Positions 26,101 to 41,535 of a DNA stretch of 64,000 nt are shown here, one piece after another (the first letter of the stretch is position 1; each line of letters starts with the position of its first letter). The position numbers were made by a program, and so were the translations under genes. The notes beneath the pieces were generated by a model. It was not told the origin of the DNA and did not search any database. It was given only the letters and a program-made list of their open reading frames with translations. Source of the stretch: the human T2T-CHM13v2.0 reference genome, Homo sapiens. The stretch lies in NCBI RefSeq assembly GCF_009914755.1, contig NC_060925.1. One strand, given 5' to 3'.

Positions 26101-29100
26101 GTTGTAGTTCGTGGAGTTTGGGAAAAGCAGAAGAGCATCTTGTTATCTATGTAACCCTAGCATCAGAATCTTGCAGCCTAGATGATCTTAATCAGGTGTC
26201 CTGAATGGTTTGGGAAAGTAGAAAGAGACTGAACCCATCAAAAACAATTTTGTCAAAAAGTGATTGACAGATTTACAATGTAACAGTTATCACTTATTAA
26301 AGCCTTTCTATATGGCTGGGGTTATAACTAAGTCCTTTAATTGTATTTTCGTCTTTAGTCTTCAAAAATGATTTTGTTGCTGATAAAACTATTTACAATC
26401 CACAGATGTAGAAACTGGTAGATGCCAGGACCAGGGTTTGATTCCAGGGATGCCTTCTTTAGAAAGTCTGCTTCCTCCAAGGCCCTGACTCTCACAATAA
26501 GCTGTAATTCTACTTCCCATTGATTATCAGGATATTTTCATCAGGTTTTGATCAATCTTGATTGAAATCATCAATATTTCATTTCTGAATCAAAAAAGCT
26601 GAGGATCCTTTTTACCTCAGTGGATCTCCATCATAGTGCTTCATCCTCAAAACTATTTTGAAATAAGCAAGCCATTTTTCCCTTCTATGTTTATTATCTG
26701 TACTCGATATCTAATTTTGAACACTTGTCATACTTCAGAATTTTATTTTTAATTGTACTCTCTAAGTGTGTCATATTTCTATCCAATTTTAAACACTGCT
26801 GGAAGAAAAATTTTTTTCATTAGTTAAGAAATTGATATGGAATTATTAAGGCATTACTAGTAATAAGTCCCCTGTTCACAATTTAGGAATCACTGGAATC
26901 TTCTATTAAAAAGCTATCACCAATAATTGATAAGACTTAGGTTTGGCTTTCTTAACACAATAATGCAATTTTTCCTATGGATTACAATCTGAAGACTTGC
27001 TTAAATTCAGATTAACGCTATACTTATTTATTCTTAAAGCAACCATTTGATTTTTTTCAAAGGAGAAGTATAAAGGGATTGTTGACTATAAAACAACAAT
27101 TAATGCTTTTACTGAAAATTTTTTTAATATATTTGTCTACAAATAAACTGAAATTCAAAGACCAAAACACATTTAAAAGACCATTCTTCTCCACATGATA
27201 TTCCATTGGAAACTGCTGCAGCGAACATAACATTAGTTGAAGAAGCATAACACTAAAATCAAGCATCTGCTTGCCTTTCTGCATTGTGTATACAACAGAG
27301 ATTTGTTGTACTTTTAAAAAATATTCTCAATAGGTTTCTGTGTTTATAAAGGTCCAGAAATAATCTTCAGAACTTATCCTCCATACGGCACCAGGAAATC
27401 TGGCATAAGCACCTTTCTGACACAAAGGATATACAACTCTCTTATTTCAAAATATCAATAATTTGCCACAAAGGCAAAACTATCAAGCAAGTGTTAGAAA
27501 CACCTCAGCTTCTGTTCAATCTCATGAAAACTGATTTAGTTGCCGGTACATGTCAACTTTAATTATCAAAAATGCATAAAAGACAGCAGCACATTCCTTC
27601 CCCATGCTAGTTGTAAATGTTAAATACAACTTCAATTATGTTTTTAATACTAAATTCTTTAAGACTTACGATGTGTTCTTGTCCTTCAGAGGGCCAAAAG
27701 CACGAAGTGCTAGATAAGCATGACCTACATTTTGGTTCTGATGTTATATACACAAAAGAGGAATAAGTGAAGATGTGCAGTGCATGTGTCTGGATAATTA
27801 TTGTATAGATAACTTATCTGGTTAATCAAGCCCCAAAAACCTCATGGGAAGTACATATTTTGGCGTTCTTTGTGCAGAATTTACAAATTTCACAATTTGC
27901 TTTAAGTATCTTCTGCAATTCTTTCTCCTGTGTAAATACAATTAGAGTTAATATCGGTTAAATAAACTAACACTTAAGGTATGGAGAATGCTGACAATTT
28001 AGTACTTTCACTGTATTCTAACTTCTTTAAAATTACATTCCAAAATTTAGTGAATAACTGAAATAACAACCTTTAAGTCTCGATATGCTCATCAGCACAT
28101 ATTTTCATATTTAAGATTTAATAAATATAACCTTTGAAATATGTGAAAATATAATATAGTATATTTAATATGTGAGAAATATAACTCCTAAATAAATTGA
28201 AAGACTTCACCTTCAATATAGTCAACCAACTAAGTATAATGTTAATTACACAAAACCTACTTGCTATTCAATAGAAGGAGATTATTTCTGCTCCCATAGT
28301 AGCAAAAAGTAGTTTACATCCTTCTAATGGCAAAAAGGGATTAACTTGCTAGTACGGTGTGAAGGAATAATATGGTTCCAAGTATGTATGGTTCCTTTAA
28401 CCTAGTCAATACACATTGCCAGATATTTCAATTAATGTGTACCAAGGTCACAAAATCAATTTCTTATCAGCCAAAAACACTCATACAGTAAATTTTATTC
28501 TCAAACCATAATCTCTAAATTAAATCTGTGTACCTAAAAAATACAGTGCAGTCAGTCAGTCACTGGGTTTTCTCCCTGATAGCATTTTCACAAATGGCAC
28601 AAGACTTTGTATGCTATATTTAGACTACAATGTTTGGTTAGATTCTAATCTTCCTAGAGAAAGTCATTATCTCCTTTCATGGCAAATAAAGGACCAAAGT
28701 GTTAATTTCCTCCTTAAAATAAGTACAAAGTTTGAACAGTTAACATTCTGTCTTTCGGCAACTTATTTGGGAACTTTTAAACAATTATAAAGAGAATCTA
28801 TGAAACTGTACACTAATCCGGATTTCTTGGTAATATAAATTATGTATCTGAATGTAAGATTGCAGAAAAATCATGTTAATATGGAAAACAGCATTACCTT
28901 GCAATAAATCCCATGCAAAAGGACTTTTCAGGAATTGAGCTTGTCTGACCAATAACACTCAACATAATCACATTTTTAATGAAAACTCTTTGACTTGAAC
29001 ATAAAATATTGTCTATTAGATTCAAGTGTTAGAGTTTGTTCCCTATAGTCCAACAGCCATGAAAACTTTTTTTTCCTCCTAATACTCTCATTCTTATCCT

Positions 29101-30069
29101 ACTCACAACTACACACAAAAGGTTAATAATTTAAGGTTGGTGCTTTTCATCTATGCTCAATGGCAATGGACCAAATAGTTAAGGATAAAAGAATATTTCA
29201 ATAATCTTGCCTCAGTGTTTTAATATGCAGAAAAATCACAATTTTTATGCCAGACAAATTTGATTTGTTCCATTTTTTATCAATCCAAATGATTGATACT
29301 TTTATACAAAAGCTATATAATATATACCGTACAGTGGTGTTCTGTCATACAGCTGACTAACAAACTATACAAATCTATGTAACTTCAGACCAATTGATGT
29401 TTGATGGTTGATACAACAGAGGATATTAAATTATATCTTGGGCAGGAAGGAAGTAGAAAATTATCCTGGATAATACATTTAGAATTTCTTAAGTTATTTT
29501 TTTCTACATTCTCCTAAACATGTAAATTTTAGTTGATTGTAACACTGCTTAACAGTAGAAAAATAATATTTTCTAGAAGAAAGTAACACTTAAGGAGGGT
29601 TAAAATACGGTTTTTTAATTTAAACCAAGCATTTTTTGAGGATGTACACAATATTTTATTTATAATCTTTATATATTGGCAATACAAAAGTTCTCATAAA
29701 ATGACTTAAAGTTGTAGAGAGAAGGAATACTTTATTTCTTCCCAGTTGGTTTATGTGATCATGCATTCCATTTTAATCAAATTTAGGGCATGATAATAAA
29801 CAAAATAAATTTTGTAAAATGTGAAATTGTAACAGCATAAAGTCTTTCACCTTTACACCTAAAATAAAAAATGATTAAACCTATAAAACCTCATCTTAAA
29901 TAGTTTACTGAAGAATAAATTTAGCTCTACATAAAGTTGTGTTTATGAAGTTTGGTTCATTGGAAGTGAATGATAAATGTGAGACAAGCATTATGAATAA
30001 CACATGGAGTAAAAGGAGTAAAATCATTTTTGTAATTAAAAAGAACTTAAAGTACTAATATGACTCTAA

Positions 30070-30379
<310 letters not shown>

Positions 30380-33300
30380 AAAAATTTCATTTTTCTAAGT
30401 GCCAGTGATTTTACACTTCCCAGAATTTTTGTGAAAAAATCAAAATCATATTTGATACATAAGATCCAAAAGAAAGTAGCAAAGCGATTCTTGGGACTCT
30501 GAAGGCTGCCTCAAAAACAGACCATTACAAGGCATTAGTGCCAATATTTCAGCTAACTCTGTCTTAGGAAATGTTACTTCCTTATTCCTGAAAATGTTCA
30601 CAAAAGCAATAAATAAGTCAATGAAAATTCAGACTTGCATAGTTCATCCCTTAAAATGAAGTAGGAAAACAAAGATATTACAGAGCAAACCAATGTAAAG
30701 TTTATGATACTGAGTTTAATCATTTATGCAAATTTTTCATTTGGCTATGATGGATGCTCTGTATTTACAGCAAAATATTTGAGATGGGATTACATCTGAA
30801 GTAATCCCATTTCAGCCTTATACAACATATAACATTCAATCAGATCTAAGTGCTTGATTCTTGCAAACAGAAATACCATTCACGGTCTTTCAATAAATTC
30901 AGCATAGGTAAAGAACAATAAAATGGGGCATCAACAAACCAGAATTGTCGCATTTTGCAGACTGAATTTTTGTAGTTTCCAAGGTTACAATAAAAAATAA
31001 GAACTAGCCATTCTCCTCAAAAGGGTAGTCATTGCTGGGATTTCCCAGTCACTAATGAAAAGCAGGCAGAGTCCATCGTCAGTTTAAAAATAAAATGAAA
31101 TTATTTTTTCATTACTAGGATTAATTACTTTAGAGAGCATGATTAAAAACAAACAATTATTACTGACAGATAAAATTTTTTTAAAGCCTTGCAAAGAAAG
31201 TGGCATGTGAATCTGGTCTTGGACAGTAACCAGGTTTATAATAGTCCCAGTATTGAAAGGGTCTAATTTGTCCTCTGAGCACACATATATTTGATCATCC
31301 TGCCTCATTAGTTGAGCCTGGTGCAAAATTATTTTGATACCTGGCAATATATATTACCCTCAGAATGAATAAATGTAGCTTTTGGATTTACTTCCTAGCT
31401 GAGACTACTGCCTGTCTGATCAATTCTACTTTTACCATTCCTGAACATAAACACTGGTTAAGCAAAGATCTTTTGGAATTGCAACACAAAGATCAGTTTC
31501 ACTATATACCATTTTGTTTTAGTTGTTAGTTACGTGGTAATTATAAAATCACATGAATTACAACCCTCCTGTCCCTTAAATGGATTTGTGCACCATCTTA
31601 TTCAAAGGAGTACTCTCAATCACACATCACAGTGACTAAACCTTCCCAATAGGAGAGCAAATATAAAAATCATGGATGTAACAGCCTTCTACTTACGTTT
31701 AATGGTTCAAGTGACCCCGGTATAGCACTTCTCTCACTGATCATATGACATTTAATGTCTTACTTTTCAGCACTGTAATGCAGGAGGGGTCTCAGAAAAT
31801 TGATCCAGAAATTCCTTCTGAGGGAGGAAACCACCAGAGAAAATATGGAAAAAACGCTTCCTTTATGTGCCAACTTCTACTGATTTGTAGCACCAGCCTG
31901 GTAATATTGGCAGAAGAACTTTCAAGTCACATCCTGGCTCATCAGGAAAGAGTATCATGGTGTGCCAGGTCATAAGTGGAGACGAGATGAGTACAAAGAG
32001 TAGATAAAGCATCTCCTGCATTGGTCATGCCAGCTCCAGAGATCAGAGTTTAACACAACTGTGTAATAAAGTGGAAAGGGCACTGAGCTTACAGGCAAGA
32101 GATCAAAATCCATCTGTTTCATTTTCATCTTTCAAATTGAGTCCAAAATCAAGGCTATTTGCCCAAGAATTAGTTGAACTGGAAAATGACTACAGTTCAA
32201 ATACATGTATTACAATAGTAGAATCAAATAACTTTAAATCTTGTAGGGACATCAATAAAGATATTAGTCCAATCTGCTCATTTTAGGGAAACTAAGGCTT
32301 GGATGCTCTTTGTGACTTACGATGGGAATCTTAGTAGGACAGGGATAAAATATACATAACAAATTTGAAGACTTTAGCAAAGAAACACTAAAATTTATTA
32401 TTAGAGAATCTAGTCACTGGAGCATAGGATACCAGGGGGATTTCAATTTGTAACGATGGGTTTTGGTTGTTGGAGCATAAGATATAAAATAGGAGTCCAA
32501 TAATTAAAACGTGGAGGATAATAGATTAATCTAGAAATTATTTTATTATTAATATGATATACCACAAGATTTCTAATAAATTTCCCTTTACTTTAGACTA
32601 GAATTTGTCTCAGGAAAAAGATAAAGTAGTGGTTAAATGAAAGTAGATGGATGTAGAAATGGGAACTGAAGGGATTGACAGAAACTTTCTTGCAGTGGTC
32701 ACTTGCCTTTCTGGCTGCATGGCATCTATTCATCCTCCTGATAACAGTCACCCAAATGTCCTTTTGAAAAGTACTTTCTCTCTTCTCACGATTTGAGTAG
32801 GTTTTTAGCCTAGGCTCTAGATATGGAGCTGCCTGATGTTAAGTCAGCTAATATAGCTAATATATTCAATTACTACTTAAGGACATAAAGATTATAAAAA
32901 ACTTAAATGTATAAATAAAAGTGACAGGTTGTGAAGTAAACTATACTCTTCTTTCATAGCAGGATATCAATGGATATTCCTTAAACATAAACTGAGAAGT
33001 GAAGGCACAGGCACATTCCATAGAAGATAAGTGGTCTTCTGTGGTTTCTTTTAATTGAAGGCTCATGACTTTCTTAAGCTTTGGGAAATTAATTTACGTC
33101 TTTTATTTTATCCTCTGCTAAATTTTGCCTGAATCCTTCTTCAGTAAGACTTCTATTAGATGAATATTAGGCCTTCCATGGTTGATCCTCTGTTTCTCAG
33201 TTTTGTTCTCTTATTTTCCATTTTGCTCTCTTATATTCCATCTTCGCTTTTTAGCTCTACAATTTGGGATGATTATTTCTCAGCCCATTGTTGTACATTA

Positions 33301-34814
33301 TCTCATCAATTATCAGAAGATAAATATATTTTATAGCAGGTGAAAAAATACTTTAGGTTTGTTTCACAGGAAAAATCAAATTAGCCAATGAATTCAGGAA
33401 ATCATTTGGGGTAAACACACAACACAGGGAAGAGATGATTACACTATTGCAACAACAAAAGTTACAAGTGAGTCACAAAATGAGTTTGAGTTCAATCAAA
33501 TGAAGCAGAGGTTCTGCAACAATGATTAGCAGGTATGGACTCCATTACTGCATTAATGACATTTCAATGTAAAAATCACAGACAAACCATGCAGTTAGCG
33601 TGAGAAAACACATTGATGATCACCTTGTTTAACCTTTGAGATAAAGCACAGGAGGAATATAAAAAAAGGTCTGGACCTAGATTAAAAAAAAAGATTAAAA
33701 GAAGTCAAATCGGGATATAAAAAGGGGAATGGTACTGAGGTGATACACTCAAGAATATCTTGACTAATGCTGTCCTGGTGTATCTTCCACAGATACATAA
33801 ATAAATTGAATATTTGCAGCTTCCCTATTCTATCCCGCAACCACCCTTGCAAGACAGAAAACCCAGGAATGGGAAACTTTAACCTCAATCTTATGGTGGT
33901 TTTTAGGCACTGGCTTGCATTACTGACAATTTTAGCAGCTTTGTATCTTGATACCTCTTCCTACGAAAGGAGAAGAATTAGAGAAAGAGTGTGGAAGAGG
34001 TTGAGCCATGCAAAATTTTGAGGTTATATCAAAGTAATAAGTTTTTTTTTGTTGTGTGATAGTTCTTTTGTACATAGAAGCCTCTTCTAAATTTTTGTAA
34101 TTGTTTGGATGCAAAATTTTCCAGAATGTCTTTGAGCATATAAATCAGAGTGTTTTCTTCAACCTAAAAGTATGGCTTCTCTGGCAAATTTTTCTATTTA
34201 TTCATCTAGGTGTTTATATTGTTCACTTTTCCTCAATGACTGGACTATCTTTAAATGACTCTCATATTTATAATTTAAAAAAAAATGTGATTATCACAGG
34301 TAACTTGCTCCAGATTTTGCCAGCTAGCCATTACCATCTCTGAAGTAAAAGAGATTTCAGAGTTTTCTGTAAACGCAGGTGGGTACAGTAATTTTGAGAC
34401 ATTATTCTAGGTAACATCAGTAAGGAGAAGACAGAAAGGTGGCATCAATTTTCAGTCTCAAGAGTTGCTTCCAGGCAGATGACCAAGTTTTCTTTGAGAG
34501 TATTTTCTTGACTTTATCTGGAGACAAACAACGAGGAATAGAATGTCCAATCTGTGTAGCCTTTGGAAAACAATGCCTCAAACAATCACCTAGATTTCTC
34601 TCCACTTCTGGGAAGAGGACAGGATCCCACCACCACAGGGGAAAGCCAGACTCTTTGCTGCAGGGTTCTTTATGTGCATTGAACTGCCCCCTTTTGTGGC
34701 ATTTGACGCTGCTTTGAGAATTTCACTCTAATCTGTGGTCTTCTCATGGCCTCCCTCTGATTTCATTGCTTTTGTTTTTTTTTTCAATTCACTTATCTTG
34801 ATGGAGATTGATGA

Positions 34815-35228
<414 letters not shown>

Positions 35229-35904
35229 TAGCAGGGAAAAGGCAGATGGGTGTAGGGTAGAACCAAAATAATTCATTTTATCTCAATGAGATTCACTTTC
35301 TTTATTTGCAAACCTACACCACAGAGTAGTTTGAGGGTTATATGAGGCAATTGTTGGTATATACTTTCTCTGGCAAATTACTTAATCTATAAATTGGGGA
35401 TAACACCAGCCCTTACTTCAGAGAAGTATTGTGAGAATTAAATTTAAAAATTCATGTGAAGTGCTTAGAATAGTGTCTAGCTCACAGAAGTCACTAAAAT
35501 CAACATCAATATATAATTTTTTTATTAAGCTGCAAACCTGAAACTTACTTAATAATTAAAGAGAGTAAATAAGGAAGAAGAGAAATAATGGGAACACAGA
35601 TAAGTACAAGACTGGATAATTTACTTTTAAAATAACCAGGAGTTTACTAAGAAGTGTGCTGATGCCCTAAAAATTGGGACTATAGACAACTGACATTTCC
35701 AGAATAACAGAAATGTCATCAATTTTGCAAAATAAGGTTTGCAACCTTAAAATATTGACAAAAGAGTAGAACTATAATAAACAAAGCGCAAAATTTGGAC
35801 TCAGTGATTTTGGGGGAAGTATTGGAAGTGCTATCTCTGCTATTTCTTTAGTCACCTTTCTACCAGAATTTTCATGGAAAAGCAGCAGGAATTAAAATGT
35901 ATTA

Positions 35905-36120
<216 letters not shown>

Positions 36121-36304
36121 TTATTTAGTTTTACATTCCTAGCAGCTTCAAAATATATGGCAGAACAGGAAATGTATGATGGTACAGTCACCGTGTTCAC
36201 TTTGCATACAAAATGAACACAAGCTCTAGGAAAACCATATTCAATTTTTATTGTCATTGATCCCTTATCACTAATGCATATTATATGATACACATCTATA
36301 GTTA

Positions 36305-36306
<2 letters not shown>

Positions 36307-36350
<44 letters not shown>

Positions 36351-36370
36351 CCTACCTACCTACCTACCTA
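36307..36370. repeat. Compound tetranucleotide STR (TCTA)11(CCTA)5
   Basis: Direct count. Confidence 0.95.
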
Positions 36371-37611
36371 TCAACTTTATAAACTGATGGTAGAGCCTGA
36401 AGTATAAACAGAAAATGGTATTCTTAATTTGGGAAAAAAATCAACATTGAAATAATGTCAACCCAGAAGGCATTTTTTTTGTGCATAAGTAGAAAATACA
36501 TTGTGCAAAGTCTTCTTTAAGATTGATTTAGTATAAAATTTTGCATAACATTTTTATTCTTAAAATTAGAACCCAGAAGCTGTGTGTTCATTTTTATTAT
36601 TTCAGTTTCATTCTTCATCCTATTAGTTACTGGATATTACTTTTCTGGTTGTAAATATTCAATGAATCCATCTAGATAATACTGATTAAAAATAAATGAG
36701 GCTTCTACTTGAACAAAAATTTTAATTAGGTTTCATTATCGGTTACTTGGGAAAATCCAAAATCATATGTTCATATTAAACCCTACTTTAAGATTTCAAG
36801 AAATTTCTTAGTTGTACCTGATTAATTCTTGGTAATTATCCTGTTAGATAAACATGAAACAAGATGATTTGGAAAAATGATTCCTAAAACTTAGTCTGTA
36901 AAGCTGACCTTAATGAACCAGGTCAACGAAGTCTTTGGTTTTAAAACTGTGGAACTAGTCAGCAAAACTCAAATCACACAGGCCCCTTTCCTTCTCTTTT
37001 CAAAGTAAATATTAACCTAAAGAAAGTTTTTACAATGGTTTATTGGTTTATTTTCCTCTTTCTATATACTGATGGAATGTGTAATATTGTTGAGTGGATA
37101 CTTTTGAGGAAGTTCCACCTAATTATTGTGGTAGCTATCTCTACTGCAGAACCTTTCTTGTGAAGAGAGAAAAGAGGTCATATTTCTAGTACAAAGAAAA
37201 GAATTTCTGAAATTGGCAAGATATTTTATTTATTTGAATGAAGTTTACAGAAATCATGATCCTGGAAGGTAAACCCTGGGTTAATTTAGACTATAATCTC
37301 TTAAAGAGGTTACATTTCCCATTTAATACAGAAACCCTAAAGAAATATAAACCTCTCTTTAAACAAATTTGATACATGACTCTCCAGTAGCACATCTGAG
37401 TTTATACTTTTTCAAGTTTGCTGTAGTATTCATTTAAGAAGCTCCTCTGAGATACGTAAAAATTCCCTAAGATTTTTAGTAACATATCTTGTACATGAAG
37501 CAAAACATACATATAATATTCGTGAGATATATACTTGTAATTTTTGAAATAATCCTTAAATATTATCTGAAAATCAGGAGCCACCTCCTTTTGAGGATTG
37601 TAATTTAAAAA

Positions 37612-37722
37612 ACAAGAAAGAGAGAATGAAGGAAAAGAAGCAAGGAAGGGAAGGAGGAAGGAAGACAGAAGGAAGGAAGGAAGGGAGAGAGGGAGGGAGG
37701 GAGGGAGGAAGGAAGGAAGGTA
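37612..37722. repeat. Polypurine (GGAA/GGAG)n tract
   Basis: Direct inspection; a further (AAAG)n run lies at ~37886-37915. Confidence 0.9.
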
Positions 37723-38889
37723 TGAATGAATTATGAATGCTGGTCCGGGTACTACTCAACTCAATTGACTACTCCTAAATTTCAATACTTAAAAATAAAA
37801 GGACAAGAAAAGTTTCAGATGAACTACCAGAGGCTGATAATGTCTGATGAAAACTGAAAACAAATATTTTTAAAATGCTTAAGACAAAAAAGAAAGAAAG
37901 AAAGAAAGAAAGAAAAACAAAATATTTAGAAGCTACTATGAAAAATAGCTTCTCCAGAGGGACCTGAAGCAGATAGTTTTGATAAACTCTATATTCTGGG
38001 TATGTGCTCTCACATAAGATACATATTTATACAATTTTAAGGCAATTTGTGAACTTCAACTTTGCTTATTTGTATAACACACTATCTCAGTGAATAAATA
38101 GACTAACTTTGGTGAGCAGACTATTTAATCCACTAGGATATGATAAAAATAAGCTGACAGACCATCTTTTTAGGTAAGCAAATTATACTGTTGTTATGCT
38201 AATTGCTTAGGGGTACCATTTTGTGAAAATGTCTAGTATGAAGGGGATACGATAAATATTGTAATTGCTAAAATAAGTAAATGATTTTGCCTTTTTCTCA
38301 TTTTTTCAAGGTAGTTATGGTATTTTATCATAGAGGAAAATGCTTGGTCTCTTCTTCAAAATGCACTGATATCTTTTAATTATTGTTTTTCTGCTTTGTG
38401 ATGGTTATTTAAAAAAATGTTTGCATTAATAATTGCATTATGAATATATTTTCTAAATAAGCTGGTTTACCTCTAGGATTTGTTTCAGTAACATATTAGA
38501 TTTATCTTTGTTACTTTAGGGTTAGAGACATTAGCAATTTCCTTTGGAAGTGGAATTCTGAAGAATTCCACTTAACGTTAATTCCGCTTATAATGTTTAT
38601 AAGATAAATGCATGAAAATTATTCATTTATATTTCAACAAATAATGGAACATATACATCCAAATGAGAAGTAACAACTTGAAAGTCAATGCATTTATTAC
38701 AGTCAGCTTGCTATTGCTCAAAACATCTCAAAAGTTTTCAAATTGTCTACTCCATGCTACTCATGAAAAAATGTCCCCCATATATTAGTTTATAACCATA
38801 CAACGTTTTGAAAAATCATTTTGGCCATTAATTATTCCCTTTACTCATAGGCTGAAACCTAGAAGTTGAACATGTATGATATTTTTAAA

Positions 38890-39300
38890 GGAGTTACAAG
38901 AATTTCATGCCAGATATATATCAGAGGGCATATTTGTTGAGAAGGCAATGGGAATTAAGTCAGAATGTTAAGGGCCTAGACTTTATTCTGTTGACAAAGA
39001 AGAGCCATTGGCAGGTATTAAGTAGCCGAGTTACATGATAAATTATGTCTATTAGGAAATGACTCTGTTAGGTAGAATAAACTGAATTAGGAAGGGTCAA
39101 CCAACCAAACAAGTGGTAGAGCTAATACTTGAATCCAAGTCGGTTTGATTCCACAGCCTGTACTCTTAATCAATATGCTTGACTATAAGGCCTCTGTTAA
39201 TTAATTTTCTGGACTCAGAAGAGAGTAGATATTAGCTATTCTAATGTTGATGTGATTATGATAATGACGATCAAAGTGCTTAATAAACATCTGTTGAAAT
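38890..39300. mobile_element. L2 and MIR remnants
   Basis: AATGTTAAGGGCCTAGACTTTATTCTG..GAGCCATTGG (L2), AAGTGGTAGAGCT..ACTTGAATCCAAGTC (MIR), GTGCTTAATAAACATCTGTTGAA (L2 end). Confidence 0.55.
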
Positions 39301-41535
39301 TAAAAAATGATTAAATTAAATAAATTCACTACGATTAAAGCTTATTTTGTAGGACCATGCAAAACAAATTATAAATTACTTGTTCAAAACTTGCTCTTTT
39401 AATATGTTTAGTGAGGTTGGGTTATTACTATAACATTTCTTTGGTACCTCTGAGAGAGACAAATTTTATGATAATGGCGATATTGAGGACAGAAAAAAGA
39501 AAACAAATTCGATTCCTCAAGAAATAGGCATCCTCTGTAGCTAATCTCCTGTCCAGTCATTTCATCTTGACATAATACCAATCTTAGAGAAAGATAGGAA
39601 AGGTGAGGAATCTCTTTAGAGACGAAAATGTCAACAAGAATCTTAAAACTCAAAATATAACCTAGACTATTCAGCAGTTGGGAATACAGTGTTTTAATTC
39701 TAAAGAGCATATTAACTATCCTGACTAAAAAAAGGTTAAAAACCTGTCAGTGAATTAATAAAAGGTGAAAAAGATGAAAACCACTGTTTGAACAGTTTTA
39801 AGAAGACACTACAAATCTCAGATAATAAACATCAAAACAAGTGTATATGGAGTTTTTTTTTTTAAACAGAAAGGGAATTTAAGTTTAACATGAACCTAAG
39901 AAAGAAACAAATTCCCATTACAAATTATGTTCTGTGTGAAAAGAAACTGCAGGCCAAAAGGTCTTAAAGAATTTTTTTTTTCCAATGGAAAATATTTTCT
40001 GTTTATTAGCTAGTTATTGACTTAGGCAGCAGGGGGAAAACAACTGCATTAGATAATGGAAGATGCGTTTTTAAAAGAAATCATTAGAAACGTGATTATA
40101 AGCTGGTTGGCTGCTAAAGGTCCAAAATGTGAAAATTTTTTTATGTTACTTATGCTAAGCATGGCAATTGAAAAGTATCTAAATAACAAAAAGGTAATGC
40201 TGGTTATGAAGTACTATGGTACAATTTGTAATGATTAGTGGAAAAGCACATTAATTTGTGAGATGCAGTATTTTGAAGGTCACTCAACTTTACACTTGCT
40301 ACAATGCCATTCAATTAAATACACAATACATTTCTAAGATTATTTATGAAAAGAATTTTGTAATTCTTGTAAAATAGTATATTACAAATTCTGGCTGTTT
40401 ATACAAGCAGAAGCGCCTGATTTAATGCACCATTAAGTGAACTGTAGCTTTGCTGTACATTTTTTAAATATTCAATCTAATTATGATGAAGTTTGGTCTT
40501 ACTAAACACGGCATATTTAATCTTTTTAAAGAGCCTATATAATTCAATCACAAGATACAACTTGTTTTTGTTGTAAGCAAACACATGCAATATTAACAAT
40601 ATACAATATCCTGGCTTAATTAGAAAAAGTTCATGTTATCCTGAACACATTTAGGTGCATAACACCCCACAGCTATAATTTTAACTTGCTATTTAATTAT
40701 ATTTTAAAACTAATTTGTATGACCTAGTACTTTTCTCTCTCTCTCTCTCTCTTCTACACAGGACGTTGGTCTATGGATCCAGTTAAAACTAGATTTTACT
40801 GAAAATGAATTTAAAAAGATTGAGTGTGTTGGGGGAGTGGAAGATTGGGGTAGAGGTGACAACTACAGACACGAAATTACGTAAATTTGATTATCAGATG
40901 GTGTTCTGCTGATCAAATCAATGGGCTAAACTGCACCCTACAAGGATGCTTTGTGGCATTCTGTCTCTGGACAGTAGCATGAAGTTCTATGATTATAATC
41001 TACTTTTTCAAAAGATGACGTCTTTTCAAAATTCTCTCTTTCTCTTGTCATTTCCTATGCCCAGGGTATGCATGAGAAAACCATGAATCTCTTAATATCA
41101 TCTCCAAATATAGGCGGTCAAGTACCTGTATATGTGGTATCATATACCATATAGGTATACAAATACTTGTATACTTGGTATCATGTAAAGAGGGTATATG
41201 AAGGCGATACATAGCAGTATACATTTCGTGAACTCTTTTGTTCCCAAAGCTGTTGACTATGCCCTCTACACCTGGATCTCCAGCATGAGCTAAAAGGAAA
41301 TCTTTAATATTTGCACCAAAAAATAAGATATGCATGAAGTCTTTTAAAATCAGTAACAAGTATAAATTTTGACATGGTAAGTCAAACTTACTGTTTAGCT
41401 ACTTACGCGTTTTTTAAATAGTATGAAATTAAACAGTATAACACAAAACAAGTTAGTTTCTGGAGGACAGAAAAGCAGTCCCATCAGAATTTAATCTTAC
41501 AGTATAATCCAAAAGAAGTAACAAAGCTTGTTTAC

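Noticed and set aside
40890-41020. Minus-strand fragments reading like a decayed EGF exon (..FEKVD.., ..SCYCPE.., ..RVQFSP..), tempting as the extra EGF exon that some non-primate ADGRL4 orthologues carry
   Set aside because: It needs several frameshifts, lacks most cysteines, and has no polypyrimidine acceptor or donor. The extra exon probably lies downstream of exon 3, outside this window. A tblastn with mouse or dog EGF exons would settle it.
41048-41359. 103-aa minus-strand ORF just downstream of exon 2, with two small hairpins near 41130-41180
   Set aside because: No recognisable domain, non-ATG start and no convincing splice sites. The 6-8 bp stems in TA-rich DNA are expected by chance.
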